Source: Actinomycetota bacterium
GTDB taxonomy: Bacteria > Actinomycetota > Acidimicrobiia > IMCC26256 > VFJJ01
Direction of reading: 5' to 3'
DNA length: 64,000 nucleotides
NCBI GenBank assembly: GCA_009886115.1
Contig: VFJJ01000018.1
Location: 1 to 64,000 of the forward strand
Part shown: positions 17,745-27,068 of the stretch, one piece after another
Numbering within the stretch: position 1 is the stretch's first letter
Layout of the letters: every line of letters starts with the position of its first letter
Program-made: the position numbers and the translations under genes
Notes under the pieces: generated by a model
The model's database searches: none
What the model saw: the letters and a program-made list of their open reading frames with translations, nothing else
Told to the model about the DNA's origin: nothing

Positions 17745-18829
17745 GCGGCCCCCCGTTGTCTGAAGACCGCAGCGGGAGTCTTATATATGATCTTGAGGTC
17801 GAGACTGGCTCGCCATTGACGCCAATACGAAATATCGTATTCGACCTGTTGTGCCCAGTCGAGCTCCTGGCGTCCTGAGACTTGAGCCAGCCCTGTGAGC
17901 CCGGGCTTCACCCGCAGGCGCTGCCACATGCGGGCGTCGAACATGGCCGTCTCACGCGGGAGCGAAGGTCGGGGGCCGACGATGCTCATGTCGCCGCGGA
18001 TGACGTTCCAGAGCTGGGGAAGCTCGTCGATCGAGTACTTCCGCAGGATCCGCCCGATGCGCGTGACCCGGGGATCGTCGACGAGCTTGAACATCCCGCT
18101 GTGACGTTCGGCGTCGCCTCTGATCATCGCCGCGACGTAGGCGGCATGTTGGCCCTCGTCGTTGGCGAGACGCATCGTCCGGAGCTTGTAGATCCGGAAC
18201 TGTCGCCCGTCGCGTCCGACGCGTTGCTGGCGGAAGAGGACCGGGCCCGAGTCGTCGAGCTTGATGGCCGCTGCCGCCAGGACGAGGATGGGCGCCGCCA
18301 CGAGGAGGGCGACGCCGGCGACTGCGATGTCGATGACTCGCTTGTAGGCCCGAGCGGCGACGGAGAAGACCGGGGCGAAGGGATCGCGGTCGAGCGCGTC
18401 GGGAGCGGGGTCGACGACGACCACGATCGTGCCGTTACGCAAGACCTCGGGATGCGTGGCGGTCATCTGCCCGAAGGTGTGCGACGTCACGAGGATCGCC
18501 CGCGGGTGATCACCCGTCGACGGCGCCTCGATCTGCCATGGCCACGCTCGAACCGCGGTCGCCTCCGAGACGCCGTCGGCGATCTCGGGCTCGGCGATGA
18601 CCAGTGCCGTCTCGACCCGGAGGTCACGCCGGCTGAACGTGGCCGTCACCGCGATGGCCAGCGCCAACGCCCCCACGAGGACCAGACCAGCCGCTGACCA
18701 CAGGAACCAGGCCGCGAGCACCGCGCACGCGCAGAACGAGAGCATCCCGACGGTGAGAGTGGTCGTTCGACGAGCCTCGGCCCCGAAGGAAGTTCCTCGG
18801 TCGGGCCACGTTCCGTGGTAGGTAGTCAT
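17741..18829 (-). CDS. Priming polyprenyl-phosphate sugar transferase (Bac_transf)
   Basis: KRVIDI, FRQQRVG, YKLRTM, DPRVTRIGRILRKYSIDELPQLWNV, GPRP, KPGLTGLAQV. Confidence 0.92.
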   Translation of the reverse strand: MTTYHGTWPDRGTSFGAEARRTTTLTVGMLSFCACAVLAAWFLWSAAGLVLVGALALAIAVTATFSRRDLRVETALVIAEPEIADGVSEATAVRAWPWQIEAPSTGDHPRAILVTSHTFGQMTATHPEVLRNGTIVVVVDPAPDALDRDPFAPVFSVAARAYKRVIDIAVAGVALLVAAPILVLAAAAIKLDDSGPVLFRQQRVGRDGRQFRIYKLRTMRLANDEGQHAAYVAAMIRGDAERHSGMFKLVDDPRVTRIGRILRKYSIDELPQLWNVIRGDMSIVGPRPSLPRETAMFDARMWQRLRVKPGLTGLAQVSGRQELDWAQQVEYDISYWRQWRASLDLKIIYKTPAAVFRQRGAA

Positions 18830-19408
18830 CACACCCTTTGGGAACCGAATAGATGCGGACCGTCCTCGTCCTGTCACGAGGAGTGAGTGTGTGGCGGGGT
18901 GAAGGCTTATGCAAGTTCACCTTGAGACTTGGGAATACTCGCACACCGGAGGAGCGGAAGCCATCACCCGGTATGGGCGAGATGCCCGAGAGCGGCGGCG
19001 TTCGTGGAGGGCGCCGGCGCGTCGGCGATGGTGGCGTCACGCGCGCAGACCGTTGATGCGGTCAGAATGCCCACGGACGGGATGGATCAAACGCGCAGTG
19101 TCGTGGCGATGACACGCTCCGACGTGCCACAACGCACAGTCCCGTCCGGCTCCGGCAGCAGGTGATGCGGTCCGTGGTCTGAATCGGACGGGCACCCTGG
19201 CCGGAGCGGCGTCAGGTTGCCAGCATCGGCCGTACGGGGAGTGGTCGATTCTGAACGTGCTGAACGTGGGACGCGTCCGATGGCGTGTACCGATGCTGGG
19301 CACCGGGCGCTCCTGGCTTCGCGCGACAGTGGAGCAATGCCGATTCGAGACCGCGCCCCGGGTTCTGATCCCTCGGCCACAACGAACGACTGCGAAGGAG
19401 AGGCCGCC

Positions 19409-20509
19409 ATGACATCAGCTCGCCTCGTCTACTCCTGCGACGACCACCTCGACCTGTTCAGCCTGCCCCACGACGTGTGGACCAGCCGGGTCCCGGCTCG
19501 ACTGCGAACCGCAGTCCCTCACGTCGAGCCCCACGCCGAGCTGAGTCGGCCCTACTGGCACGCTGGAGACCGCGTCATGAGCCCCGCGGGCGGCATCGAC
19601 AAGGTCTACATGGCGTCGGCCCGGCGCGATCTCCCCGATGACGGCTATCGAGCGTCGAACCCGGCGCTGCGCATCCACGACCTCGACCTCGACGGGGTGC
19701 ACGCCTCGGTCATCTACGGCCCCGGGTCGCTGTTCGGGTTCCCCATCGACGATCCCGAGGTCAAGGTGGCGACGGCTCGGGGCTGGAACGACTGGGCCGC
19801 CGAGCAGTTCAACGCCCACGATCCGCGCCGCCTGTGCGCCCTCCCATTCCTCCCGACGACCACCCCCGAGGACGCGGCGTCCGAGCTCGAGAGGTGCGCG
19901 GATCTGGGACACCGGGGCGCCGTCGTGCACGTGCACCAGATCGACGTCGCCGACCGGGCCTGGGATCGGCTCTGGGCGGCTGCGGCAGCGACGGCCATGC
20001 CGATCAGCTTCCACATCGGTGGCGGCGCCGGATACCTGAAGACGGCCCGACCCGGCACGTGGGAGATGGCCGCGTTCTCGGCCGTCGCCCCCATGCAGCT
20101 CGACGAGCCGCTCGTGGCGATGATCTTCACCGGAGCGTTGGACCGCCACCCGGGATTCACGCTGGTCCTCGCGGAAGCCGGTCTGGGCTGGCTCCCGTAC
20201 TTCGTTGCTCGGATGGACGCCTCGTTCGCCAAGCACCGCCATACGAGCGGGCTGCCGGCCGACCAGCGACTCCCGTCGGAGGTGTTTCGCGCCCAGGTGT
20301 ACGCCACGTTCGAAGAGGAGCCCCTCGGGGCCGAGTTCATCCCGATGCTCGGGTCCGAGAACATCATGTGGGCGAGCGACTATCCCCACACCGACAGCAC
20401 CTGGCCCGAGTCACGAGCCGCCATCACCCATCTGGAGTCGTTCATGTCGCCCGAGCAGGTGGCGTTGGTGATCGGCGAGACATGCAAACGCCTCTACCGG
20501 TTGCCCTGA
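19409..20509 (+). CDS. Amidohydrolase (Amidohydro_2 family)
   Basis: SCDDH, PISFHIG, AEAGLGWLPY, MWASDYPH. AGGAG RBS. Confidence 0.88.
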   Translation: MTSARLVYSCDDHLDLFSLPHDVWTSRVPARLRTAVPHVEPHAELSRPYWHAGDRVMSPAGGIDKVYMASARRDLPDDGYRASNPALRIHDLDLDGVHASVIYGPGSLFGFPIDDPEVKVATARGWNDWAAEQFNAHDPRRLCALPFLPTTTPEDAASELERCADLGHRGAVVHVHQIDVADRAWDRLWAAAAATAMPISFHIGGGAGYLKTARPGTWEMAAFSAVAPMQLDEPLVAMIFTGALDRHPGFTLVLAEAGLGWLPYFVARMDASFAKHRHTSGLPADQRLPSEVFRAQVYATFEEEPLGAEFIPMLGSENIMWASDYPHTDSTWPESRAAITHLESFMSPEQVALVIGETCKRLYRLP

Positions 20510-20540
20510 GCCCGGTACCTCGCGTCGTGAGCCCCTCGCT

Positions 20541-21389
20541 GTGAGCGCCGAGACCCTGGTCGACACGCACACCCACGTGGTCTCCGCCGACCTCGCCCGC
20601 TACCCGTTGCAGCCGCAGCCCTTCGGCGTCGACTGGTACCGGACCGATCCGGTCGACGTCGACGGCCTGCTCGGCGCGGCCAGCGGAGCCGGGGTCGAGC
20701 GGGTCGTGCTCGTGCAGGCCCAAGGGGCGTACGGCTACGACTGCCGGTACGTGCTCGATGCCGTCGCCGGCCATACCGATCGCTGCGTCGCCGTGGTGTC
20801 GATCGACATGGACGGGCCCGATCCCGTCACCAGCCTCCGAGCGCTGGCCGCGCACCCGGCGACGGGCGGCGTGCGGCTCTTCGGGGTGAGCGGCATCGAG
20901 CCGACGTGGCTTGCCGATCCCGACCGTCTCGTCGTCTGGCAGACCGCCCAGGAGCTGGGTCTCACGGTGGTGGCGACCGTGTTCGATCGCCATCTCGCTC
21001 CGCTCAGGTGGACGTTGGAGCGGGTGCCGCAGCTCCCCGTCGCGCTCGATCACTGTGGATTCCCCGACATCGGCGGTGGTCCGCTCCTGCCCAACGCCGG
21101 TCCGTTGCTCGCGCTCGCCGACCTTCCGAACGTGCGCCTGAAGGTCTCGTCGTACCTGCTCGAGCAGGCTGAGCGGCTCGGAGACCCGGCCTCACTGGTC
21201 GATCGCCTGGTCGCGGTGTTCGGGGGCGATCGCCTCCTGTGGGGATCCGACTACCCGCAGACCCACGATCGCACGTATTCGGAGCTGGTGGCGCTGGCCC
21301 GGCACTCGGTGCGCAAGCAGCCGGCGACGGTTCGGGCCGCGGTTCTCGGAGCCAACGCGGCGCGCCTGTGGCGGGACCATCGCGGCTGA
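20541..21389 (+). CDS. Amidohydrolase_2 family (lactonase-like)
   Basis: VDTHTHV, LDHCGFP, LKVS, LWGSDYP. Confidence 0.85.
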   Translation: MSAETLVDTHTHVVSADLARYPLQPQPFGVDWYRTDPVDVDGLLGAASGAGVERVVLVQAQGAYGYDCRYVLDAVAGHTDRCVAVVSIDMDGPDPVTSLRALAAHPATGGVRLFGVSGIEPTWLADPDRLVVWQTAQELGLTVVATVFDRHLAPLRWTLERVPQLPVALDHCGFPDIGGGPLLPNAGPLLALADLPNVRLKVSSYLLEQAERLGDPASLVDRLVAVFGGDRLLWGSDYPQTHDRTYSELVALARHSVRKQPATVRAAVLGANAARLWRDHRG

Positions 21390-21590
21390 ACGGGTATCAG
21401 GGGGCGTCGAGCCGGCTCTGACCCAGGGTGCCCTGAACAACGGGTCGCGCGGTGTGGGGTGCCACCGGGTGACGACTCAGGTACGCTCGCCCAGGCACAC
21501 GGACACCGGGTGGGCGGTATTCAGGCCACGTCGTACGAGGGGTCGAGATGAGCACGATGACATCGAGTGGATCGACGGTGGTGACCGCAC

Positions 21591-24254
21591 ATGGTTGATC
21601 AGTCGCCGCTGAGCGCCCGCGACCTCGAGGCGATGGGTCTGTCGGGCTACACCGACATCGTCCAGATCGGCCAGGGCGGCTACGGCGTCGTGCTGGGTGC
21701 CCGTCAGGAGCAGTTCAACCGGACGGTCGCCATCAAGGTGCTCCCGAACTCGCTCTACGACGAGGTGGCCCGCAACCGCCTCACCCGTGAACGCCAGGCG
21801 ATGGGCGTGCTCTCGGGCCATCCGGGCATCGTGACCGTCTACGACACCGGGTACACGACCGACGGCCGGCCCTTCCTGGTCATGGAGTACATGAGCGGCG
21901 GTTCGCTCGCCGACCGGGTCGACATCAGTGGACCGCTGCCGTGGAACGAAGCGGTGTCCATCATGGTGGGCATCGCCGAGGCGGTCGAGGCCGCGCACCG
22001 CGCCGGGGTGCTCCATCGCGACATCAAGCCCGACAACATCCTCGTCTCGGCCTTCGGGGCCTCGAAGCTGACCGACTTCGGGATCGCCTCGGTCGTCGGC
22101 GGACCCGCGACCGCCGCCACGTCGATCACCGCGACGATCGAGCACGCCGCTCCCGAGGTGCTCCAGGGCCAGCGGCCGAGCGAGCGCTCCGACGTCTACG
22201 GCCTGGGCTCGACGCTGTTCGCGATCGTGAACGGGATGGCCGCGTTCCGGCGCCCCACCGACGAGTCGCCGCTGCCCATCCTGACCCGGGCCCTCACCGA
22301 GAACGTGCCCGATCTCCGCCTGCGGGGCCTGCCTGCGCCCATCTGTGGGGTCATCGAGCGATCGATGAGCAAGGACCCGGCTGCCCGTCAAGCGAGCGCA
22401 CTCGGCTTCGCCGAGGACCTCCTGCGGGGTGCACAGGCCTGTGGGCTCGATGTGGGCTCGATGCGCTACGGCAACGTGCGCTCGACGAGCGAGCACGGGC
22501 TCGCGTCGCTCAACGTGACGTCGGTGTTCGTGCCCGGCGCCCACTCCACGACGGGCGCCACCCCCGGCGCAGCCCAGACGGGCGATGTCGGTCCGGGCGG
22601 CTGGGGTGGCCAGTACAACCCCCAGGGCCAGACCGGCTCGTCCCCGCCTCCTCCTCCGGGCGCGCCGGGCGCGCCCGGCCTCCCGGGGGGATCGCCCAAG
22701 AGCGGGTCGAAGCGCTGGTTGATCGCCGCGGTGATCGTCGTGGTCGTGGCGCTGGTCGGCGCCGGGGTGGTGCTCATGCAGAACAACGACGACGACGGCG
22801 CGTCACCTCCGGGGAGTGATGGCACCGAGTCGACCAGCGAGACCGACGCTACGGGTGAGACCGACGCTACGGGTGAGACCGTCACCTCCGACGGCGGCAC
22901 GGTCTCGTCGACCGATCCGACGACGACTGAACCGACAACGACACCCCCGACGGGACCGCAGGTGCAGCTCGCGCTGCCGCCGGCCGAGAGCATGCAGGAG
23001 ATCGCCGCCGGCGAGTACCGGATCGGGTTCGACGCGCCGGGCTCGAACCAGGTGGCCGCCCGGCCCGAGAAGGTCGAGCGGTTCTACATCGACCAGACCG
23101 AGGTCGACATCGGCTCCTACATCCGGTTCCTCAAGGACATCAAGGAGCTCGCGGCCGACAATCTCCCGATCGGGTGGTCGCCGGCTGCTCCGTACGTGCC
23201 CGCGGCGACCCAGGCGATCACCGACTTCAACTTCTTCCCCGTGGTGGGGGTCACCCCCGAGCTGGCGGCGGCGTTCTGCCAGTGGGCCGACAAGCGCCTG
23301 CCCACCGAGATCGAGTGGGAGGTGGCCGCCCGCGGGCCCGAGGGGCTGCTGTATCCGTGGGGTCCCGACCTCGACCCGGCCAACGTCGCCGACACCAATG
23401 GCGGGACGTGGGTGGCCGGCTCGATCGACGGCAACCTGTCGTGGGCCGGCACGTTCGACATGGCGGGCAACGCGTGGGAGTGGGTCGACGCCCCGTACGA
23501 CCTGGTGCCCGAGGGCGAGCACGTCGCCCGGGGCGGGGGAGCCGGGGAGATCGTCGACATGGCCTACCGCCGCCGGGGCACGCCCGACTCGGTGGGCTTC
23601 ATCGGCACCGTGGGGTTCCGCTGCGCGGCCTCAGAGGTTCGGCCGCCCCTCGCGATGAGCGAGACGGCGCTGTACTTCGACGAGTTCACGAACATCCAGA
23701 GTGGCTGGCCCATCGACGAGCCCGTCGGCAACGTGCGCTTCGGCTACCACCGGCCCGACGCCTTCCACCTCCAGGCTGTCGAGCCCAACACGCCGGTACG
23801 GGTCGAGCTGCCCTTCGATGTCCTACCGCCGGTGGGCGACGCCATGGTCGAGACCCGGGCCACCATTTTCACGACCAAGACAACGAACGGGACGTTCCGG
23901 TACGGCTTGGCCCTGCGAGTGCAGCCACCGGATTCCAGCGAGTTCGGCTATCTCGCGTTCACCATCGATCCGCGAGCGGGTCGATGGTCGGTGATCCACC
24001 AGTTGGCGACCGATGCTGTCGAGCTCGACTCGGGTGACACCCCCGTGTTGGGCGGGCTCACCAAGGACGTCTACGACGTGCTGCGGGTCGAGATGCGAGG
24101 GACGTCGAACACGTTCTTCGTGAACGATGTCGAGCTGGCCACGATCGAGTCCCCGTTGGGCCCCGGAGGCATCGGCTTCTTCGTGGAGACGTTCGACGAG
24201 GACCAGGCCCACATCCACTTCGACTACATGGCGGTGGCGGCGCTCGACGGCTGA
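21591..24254 (+). CDS. Hanks-type Ser/Thr kinase with TM, FGE/sulfatase-modifying-factor-like domain and C-terminal beta-rich domain
   Basis: GQGGYG, VAIK, HRDIKPDN, DFG, APE; TM WLIAAVIVVVVALVGAGVVLM; RLPTEIEWEVAARG, DMAGNAWEWV, GFRCA. Confidence 0.9.
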   Translation: MVDQSPLSARDLEAMGLSGYTDIVQIGQGGYGVVLGARQEQFNRTVAIKVLPNSLYDEVARNRLTRERQAMGVLSGHPGIVTVYDTGYTTDGRPFLVMEYMSGGSLADRVDISGPLPWNEAVSIMVGIAEAVEAAHRAGVLHRDIKPDNILVSAFGASKLTDFGIASVVGGPATAATSITATIEHAAPEVLQGQRPSERSDVYGLGSTLFAIVNGMAAFRRPTDESPLPILTRALTENVPDLRLRGLPAPICGVIERSMSKDPAARQASALGFAEDLLRGAQACGLDVGSMRYGNVRSTSEHGLASLNVTSVFVPGAHSTTGATPGAAQTGDVGPGGWGGQYNPQGQTGSSPPPPPGAPGAPGLPGGSPKSGSKRWLIAAVIVVVVALVGAGVVLMQNNDDDGASPPGSDGTESTSETDATGETDATGETVTSDGGTVSSTDPTTTEPTTTPPTGPQVQLALPPAESMQEIAAGEYRIGFDAPGSNQVAARPEKVERFYIDQTEVDIGSYIRFLKDIKELAADNLPIGWSPAAPYVPAATQAITDFNFFPVVGVTPELAAAFCQWADKRLPTEIEWEVAARGPEGLLYPWGPDLDPANVADTNGGTWVAGSIDGNLSWAGTFDMAGNAWEWVDAPYDLVPEGEHVARGGGAGEIVDMAYRRRGTPDSVGFIGTVGFRCAASEVRPPLAMSETALYFDEFTNIQSGWPIDEPVGNVRFGYHRPDAFHLQAVEPNTPVRVELPFDVLPPVGDAMVETRATIFTTKTTNGTFRYGLALRVQPPDSSEFGYLAFTIDPRAGRWSVIHQLATDAVELDSGDTPVLGGLTKDVYDVLRVEMRGTSNTFFVNDVELATIESPLGPGGIGFFVETFDEDQAHIHFDYMAVAALDG

Positions 24255-24290
24255 TCGCCCGTCGGCGTCGTCGCCCGCTGGCGACGCGTT

Positions 24291-25478
24291 CTACCGATCG
24301 TTTGAGAGGATCAGGGCGCTCGTGGGGACGCCCGTCCCGCCCGTGACCAGCACGTGGCCCGAGTCGGCGCCCGCGACCTGATTCACCGCCGTCCCGCGGA
24401 CCTGGCGAACGGCTTCCGCGATGCCGTTCATGCCGTGGATGTAGGCCTCGCCGAGCTGGCCCCCGTGGGTGTTGACGGGGAGCCGGCCGTCGAGCGCGAT
24501 CTCCCCGGAGCGGATGAAGTCCTTGGCCTCGCCCGGCGCGCAGAATCCGAACTCCTCGAGCTGGGGGAGCACGAACGGTGAGAAGTGGTCGTACAACACC
24601 GCGGTGGCGATGTCGTTCGGGCCCAGACCCGAGGTCTCCCAGAGCTGGCGGGCGCACACCGCCATCTCGGGCAGGCCCATGAGCGACTCGCGAAACCACG
24701 ATCGCATCATCTGCTGGTCGTCGCCCATCCCCTGGGCCGCGGCGGCAATGACGCCCGGCGGCTGGCGCAGATCGCGGGCGCGCTCGAGCGATGTGACGAG
24801 GATGGCCTGGCCGCCGTCGGACTCCTGGCAGCAGTCGAGGAGCCGCAGCGGCTCGCAGATGAAGCGCGAGCTCTGGTGATCGTCGAGGGTGATGGGGCGG
24901 TTGTAGAAGTGCGCCTTGGGGTTCGTGGCCGCGTGCGCCCGGCAGGTAACAGCGACGCGCCCGAAGTCCTCGGAGGTCACGCCGTGCTCGTGCATCATGC
25001 GGCTGGCGAACATGGCGATCCACGACGCCGGCGTGAGCAGCCCGTAGGGGGAGGTCCACGAGAACTGGGCCTGCTCGGCGCTGGCCCCGGCCGGCTGGTC
25101 CTGGACGCCGCTGCCGAAGCGCCGCCCCGAACGCTCGTTGAACGCCCGATAGCACAACACGTAGTCGCTCACGCCCTCGTTGACCGCCATGGCCGCGAGC
25201 TGGACGATCCCCGCTGGGGCGCCTCCGCCGTGGTGGACCCGGCTGAAGTGCGTCAGCTCGGTGATGCCGAGCCCTCGCATCACCTCGTTCTCGGGGTTGG
25301 ACTCCATGGTGAACGTCGTCAGGCCGCTCACCCTCTTGGGCTCGAGTCCCGCGTCGTCGAGCGCGGCGACACAGGCCTCGAGTGCCAGCTGCAGCTCGCT
25401 GCGGCCCGAGAACTTCGTGAACTCGGTGGCGCCGATCCCGGCGATCGCGGTGCGCCCGGCATACGCGTGGGCGGTCAT
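24291..25478 (-). CDS. Thiolase-like lipid-transfer protein / steroid side-chain aldolase (Ltp2-like)
   Basis: YRAFNERSG, LDCCQESDGG, LYDHFSP, THGGQLGEAYIHG. Confidence 0.88.
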   Translation of the reverse strand: MTAHAYAGRTAIAGIGATEFTKFSGRSELQLALEACVAALDDAGLEPKRVSGLTTFTMESNPENEVMRGLGITELTHFSRVHHGGGAPAGIVQLAAMAVNEGVSDYVLCYRAFNERSGRRFGSGVQDQPAGASAEQAQFSWTSPYGLLTPASWIAMFASRMMHEHGVTSEDFGRVAVTCRAHAATNPKAHFYNRPITLDDHQSSRFICEPLRLLDCCQESDGGQAILVTSLERARDLRQPPGVIAAAAQGMGDDQQMMRSWFRESLMGLPEMAVCARQLWETSGLGPNDIATAVLYDHFSPFVLPQLEEFGFCAPGEAKDFIRSGEIALDGRLPVNTHGGQLGEAYIHGMNGIAEAVRQVRGTAVNQVAGADSGHVLVTGGTGVPTSALILSNDR

Positions 25479-27007
25479 GAGCGTGCCTCCCGCTCCGCGT
25501 GCGCGGCGGCCGATGCGGCGCGGATGGCGTCGTGCTCCGAACCGCCGGGCAACACGAGCGCGGCGGTGCCGGTGACGTGATCGCCGGTCTCGTTGGTGCC
25601 CCTGAACGACACGCTGATCTCGCCGGTCGCTCGGTCGAGCGCGGTGATCGCGCCGCTCATGGTCATGGTGTCGCCGGGATGGTTGGGCACGCCGAGGCGC
25701 ACCCTGATGTCGCGAAAGACCGTCTCGGGGCCCAGACAATCGGATAGATATCGCTGTGACAGGCCCAGGGAGGTGTGAATGTTCATGAAGATGTCGCGCG
25801 ATCCCCGCCGCTGCGCGAGATCGCGATCGTGATGCACGTCGAAGTAATCACGGGTCATGAGCGCGCCGCCGACGATGAGGGTTGCGCTCACGGGAATGGG
25901 GCACAGGGCGAGCTCGTCGCCCACCTCGAGCTCGGTGACGCTTCGGGTGCTCTCACAGCGGGCGGGGCGAACCGGCCGGAACTGGGGGAGCGTGATCGGC
26001 CCTCGGGAGTCGATGGCGCCGGGCTCAAGTGCCGGATGGGAGTCGAGCCAGCACAGCTCGAGCGGCATCCCGATGCGGATGTGCTCGCGCGCCATGGCGA
26101 CGAGGTTGGCCACGAGCCGGGTGCCTTCCTCGAGCTCGACGAGCCCGGTGAGCACCGGGTAGCGGAACCCGTTCACCTGTGGATGATGCGGGACGGCCCA
26201 GGCGTACAGCGTGCCCCGGCCCGACGCGACCCGGAACCCCATCGAGAACGACCCGCAGTCGCGACAACGCGGCGACGGCGGGAAGTGCAAGGCGCCGCAG
26301 GCGTTGCACTCCTGGATGCGCAGCTCGTGGGCGCGGGCTCCGTCCCAGAAGAACTGGTTGTCGGCGTTGATCGCCGGGCGGGGCCGGCGGGACGGGTCGG
26401 GATCGGGCGGCGGTGCGGCCCCGGCCCCGTGGGCACCGGCCGCGCTGGGGCCGTCGACCCTCCCCGTTCCCGGCGCGAACTTGAGCATGCGGAACAGCAC
26501 GCTGCCGACGTGCTCCCCCTCGACCGTGGCGTAGTCGGTGCGCCAGGTGACGAAGTGACCGCGGCCGATCGCCGTGTGCTTCTCGGGGCTCACCGACTCG
26601 AGCCGGGCCACGCTCTCGAGCACCTCCCCCGGTCGGAGGTAGCGGGTCATCTCCAGGTCGGAGTTGGTCGCCAGCGTGGACGTGAAGCCGGCCGCGTCGA
26701 GCACGTCGATCACAGCGCCGACGGGGCTCGCGCCGTCGCGGCGCATCTGCACGCCGGCCTTGTCCCACACGTCGAGCATCGTCGGTGGGGCCACGATGCC
26801 ACCGTGCACCGACAGCGCGGCGGCGTCGGGGTCGACGTAACAGGGGTTGGCGTCGTCGATGATGTCGGCCCAGTGCCGGATCATCGGCTGGTTCACCGGG
26901 TCGCGGGCAACGTTCACCGGGCCGGGCCGTCCCACCGCTTCCTGGAGGCGCGCGAGGAAGGGGTCGTCGGCGTTGCGCATGGCGGTGCTCGCCTCCGGTT
27001 CGCTCAT
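25475..27007 (-). CDS. Fused MaoC + DUF35 Zn-ribbon/OB-fold + MaoC hydratase (ChsH2-ChsH1-like)
   Basis: DPVNQPMIRHW...APPTML; CNAC...CRDC and LVELEEGTRL; TRDYFDVHHD...DIFMNI. Confidence 0.85.
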   Translation of the reverse strand: MSEPEASTAMRNADDPFLARLQEAVGRPGPVNVARDPVNQPMIRHWADIIDDANPCYVDPDAAALSVHGGIVAPPTMLDVWDKAGVQMRRDGASPVGAVIDVLDAAGFTSTLATNSDLEMTRYLRPGEVLESVARLESVSPEKHTAIGRGHFVTWRTDYATVEGEHVGSVLFRMLKFAPGTGRVDGPSAAGAHGAGAAPPPDPDPSRRPRPAINADNQFFWDGARAHELRIQECNACGALHFPPSPRCRDCGSFSMGFRVASGRGTLYAWAVPHHPQVNGFRYPVLTGLVELEEGTRLVANLVAMAREHIRIGMPLELCWLDSHPALEPGAIDSRGPITLPQFRPVRPARCESTRSVTELEVGDELALCPIPVSATLIVGGALMTRDYFDVHHDRDLAQRRGSRDIFMNIHTSLGLSQRYLSDCLGPETVFRDIRVRLGVPNHPGDTMTMSGAITALDRATGEISVSFRGTNETGDHVTGTAALVLPGGSEHDAIRAASAAAHAEREARS

Positions 27008-27068
27008 GGCGCGTATCCTGCCAGACCTCGTGCTCGCCGCACCCGCCGACGGGAGGAGAGAATGCGTC

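Noticed and set aside
22980..23640. Diversity-generating retroelement targeting the FGE-fold domain
   Set aside because: No reverse transcriptase or template repeat in the window.
27008..27068. KstR operator expected near the steroid genes
   Set aside because: No TnnAACnnGTTnnA match seen in the divergent gap.
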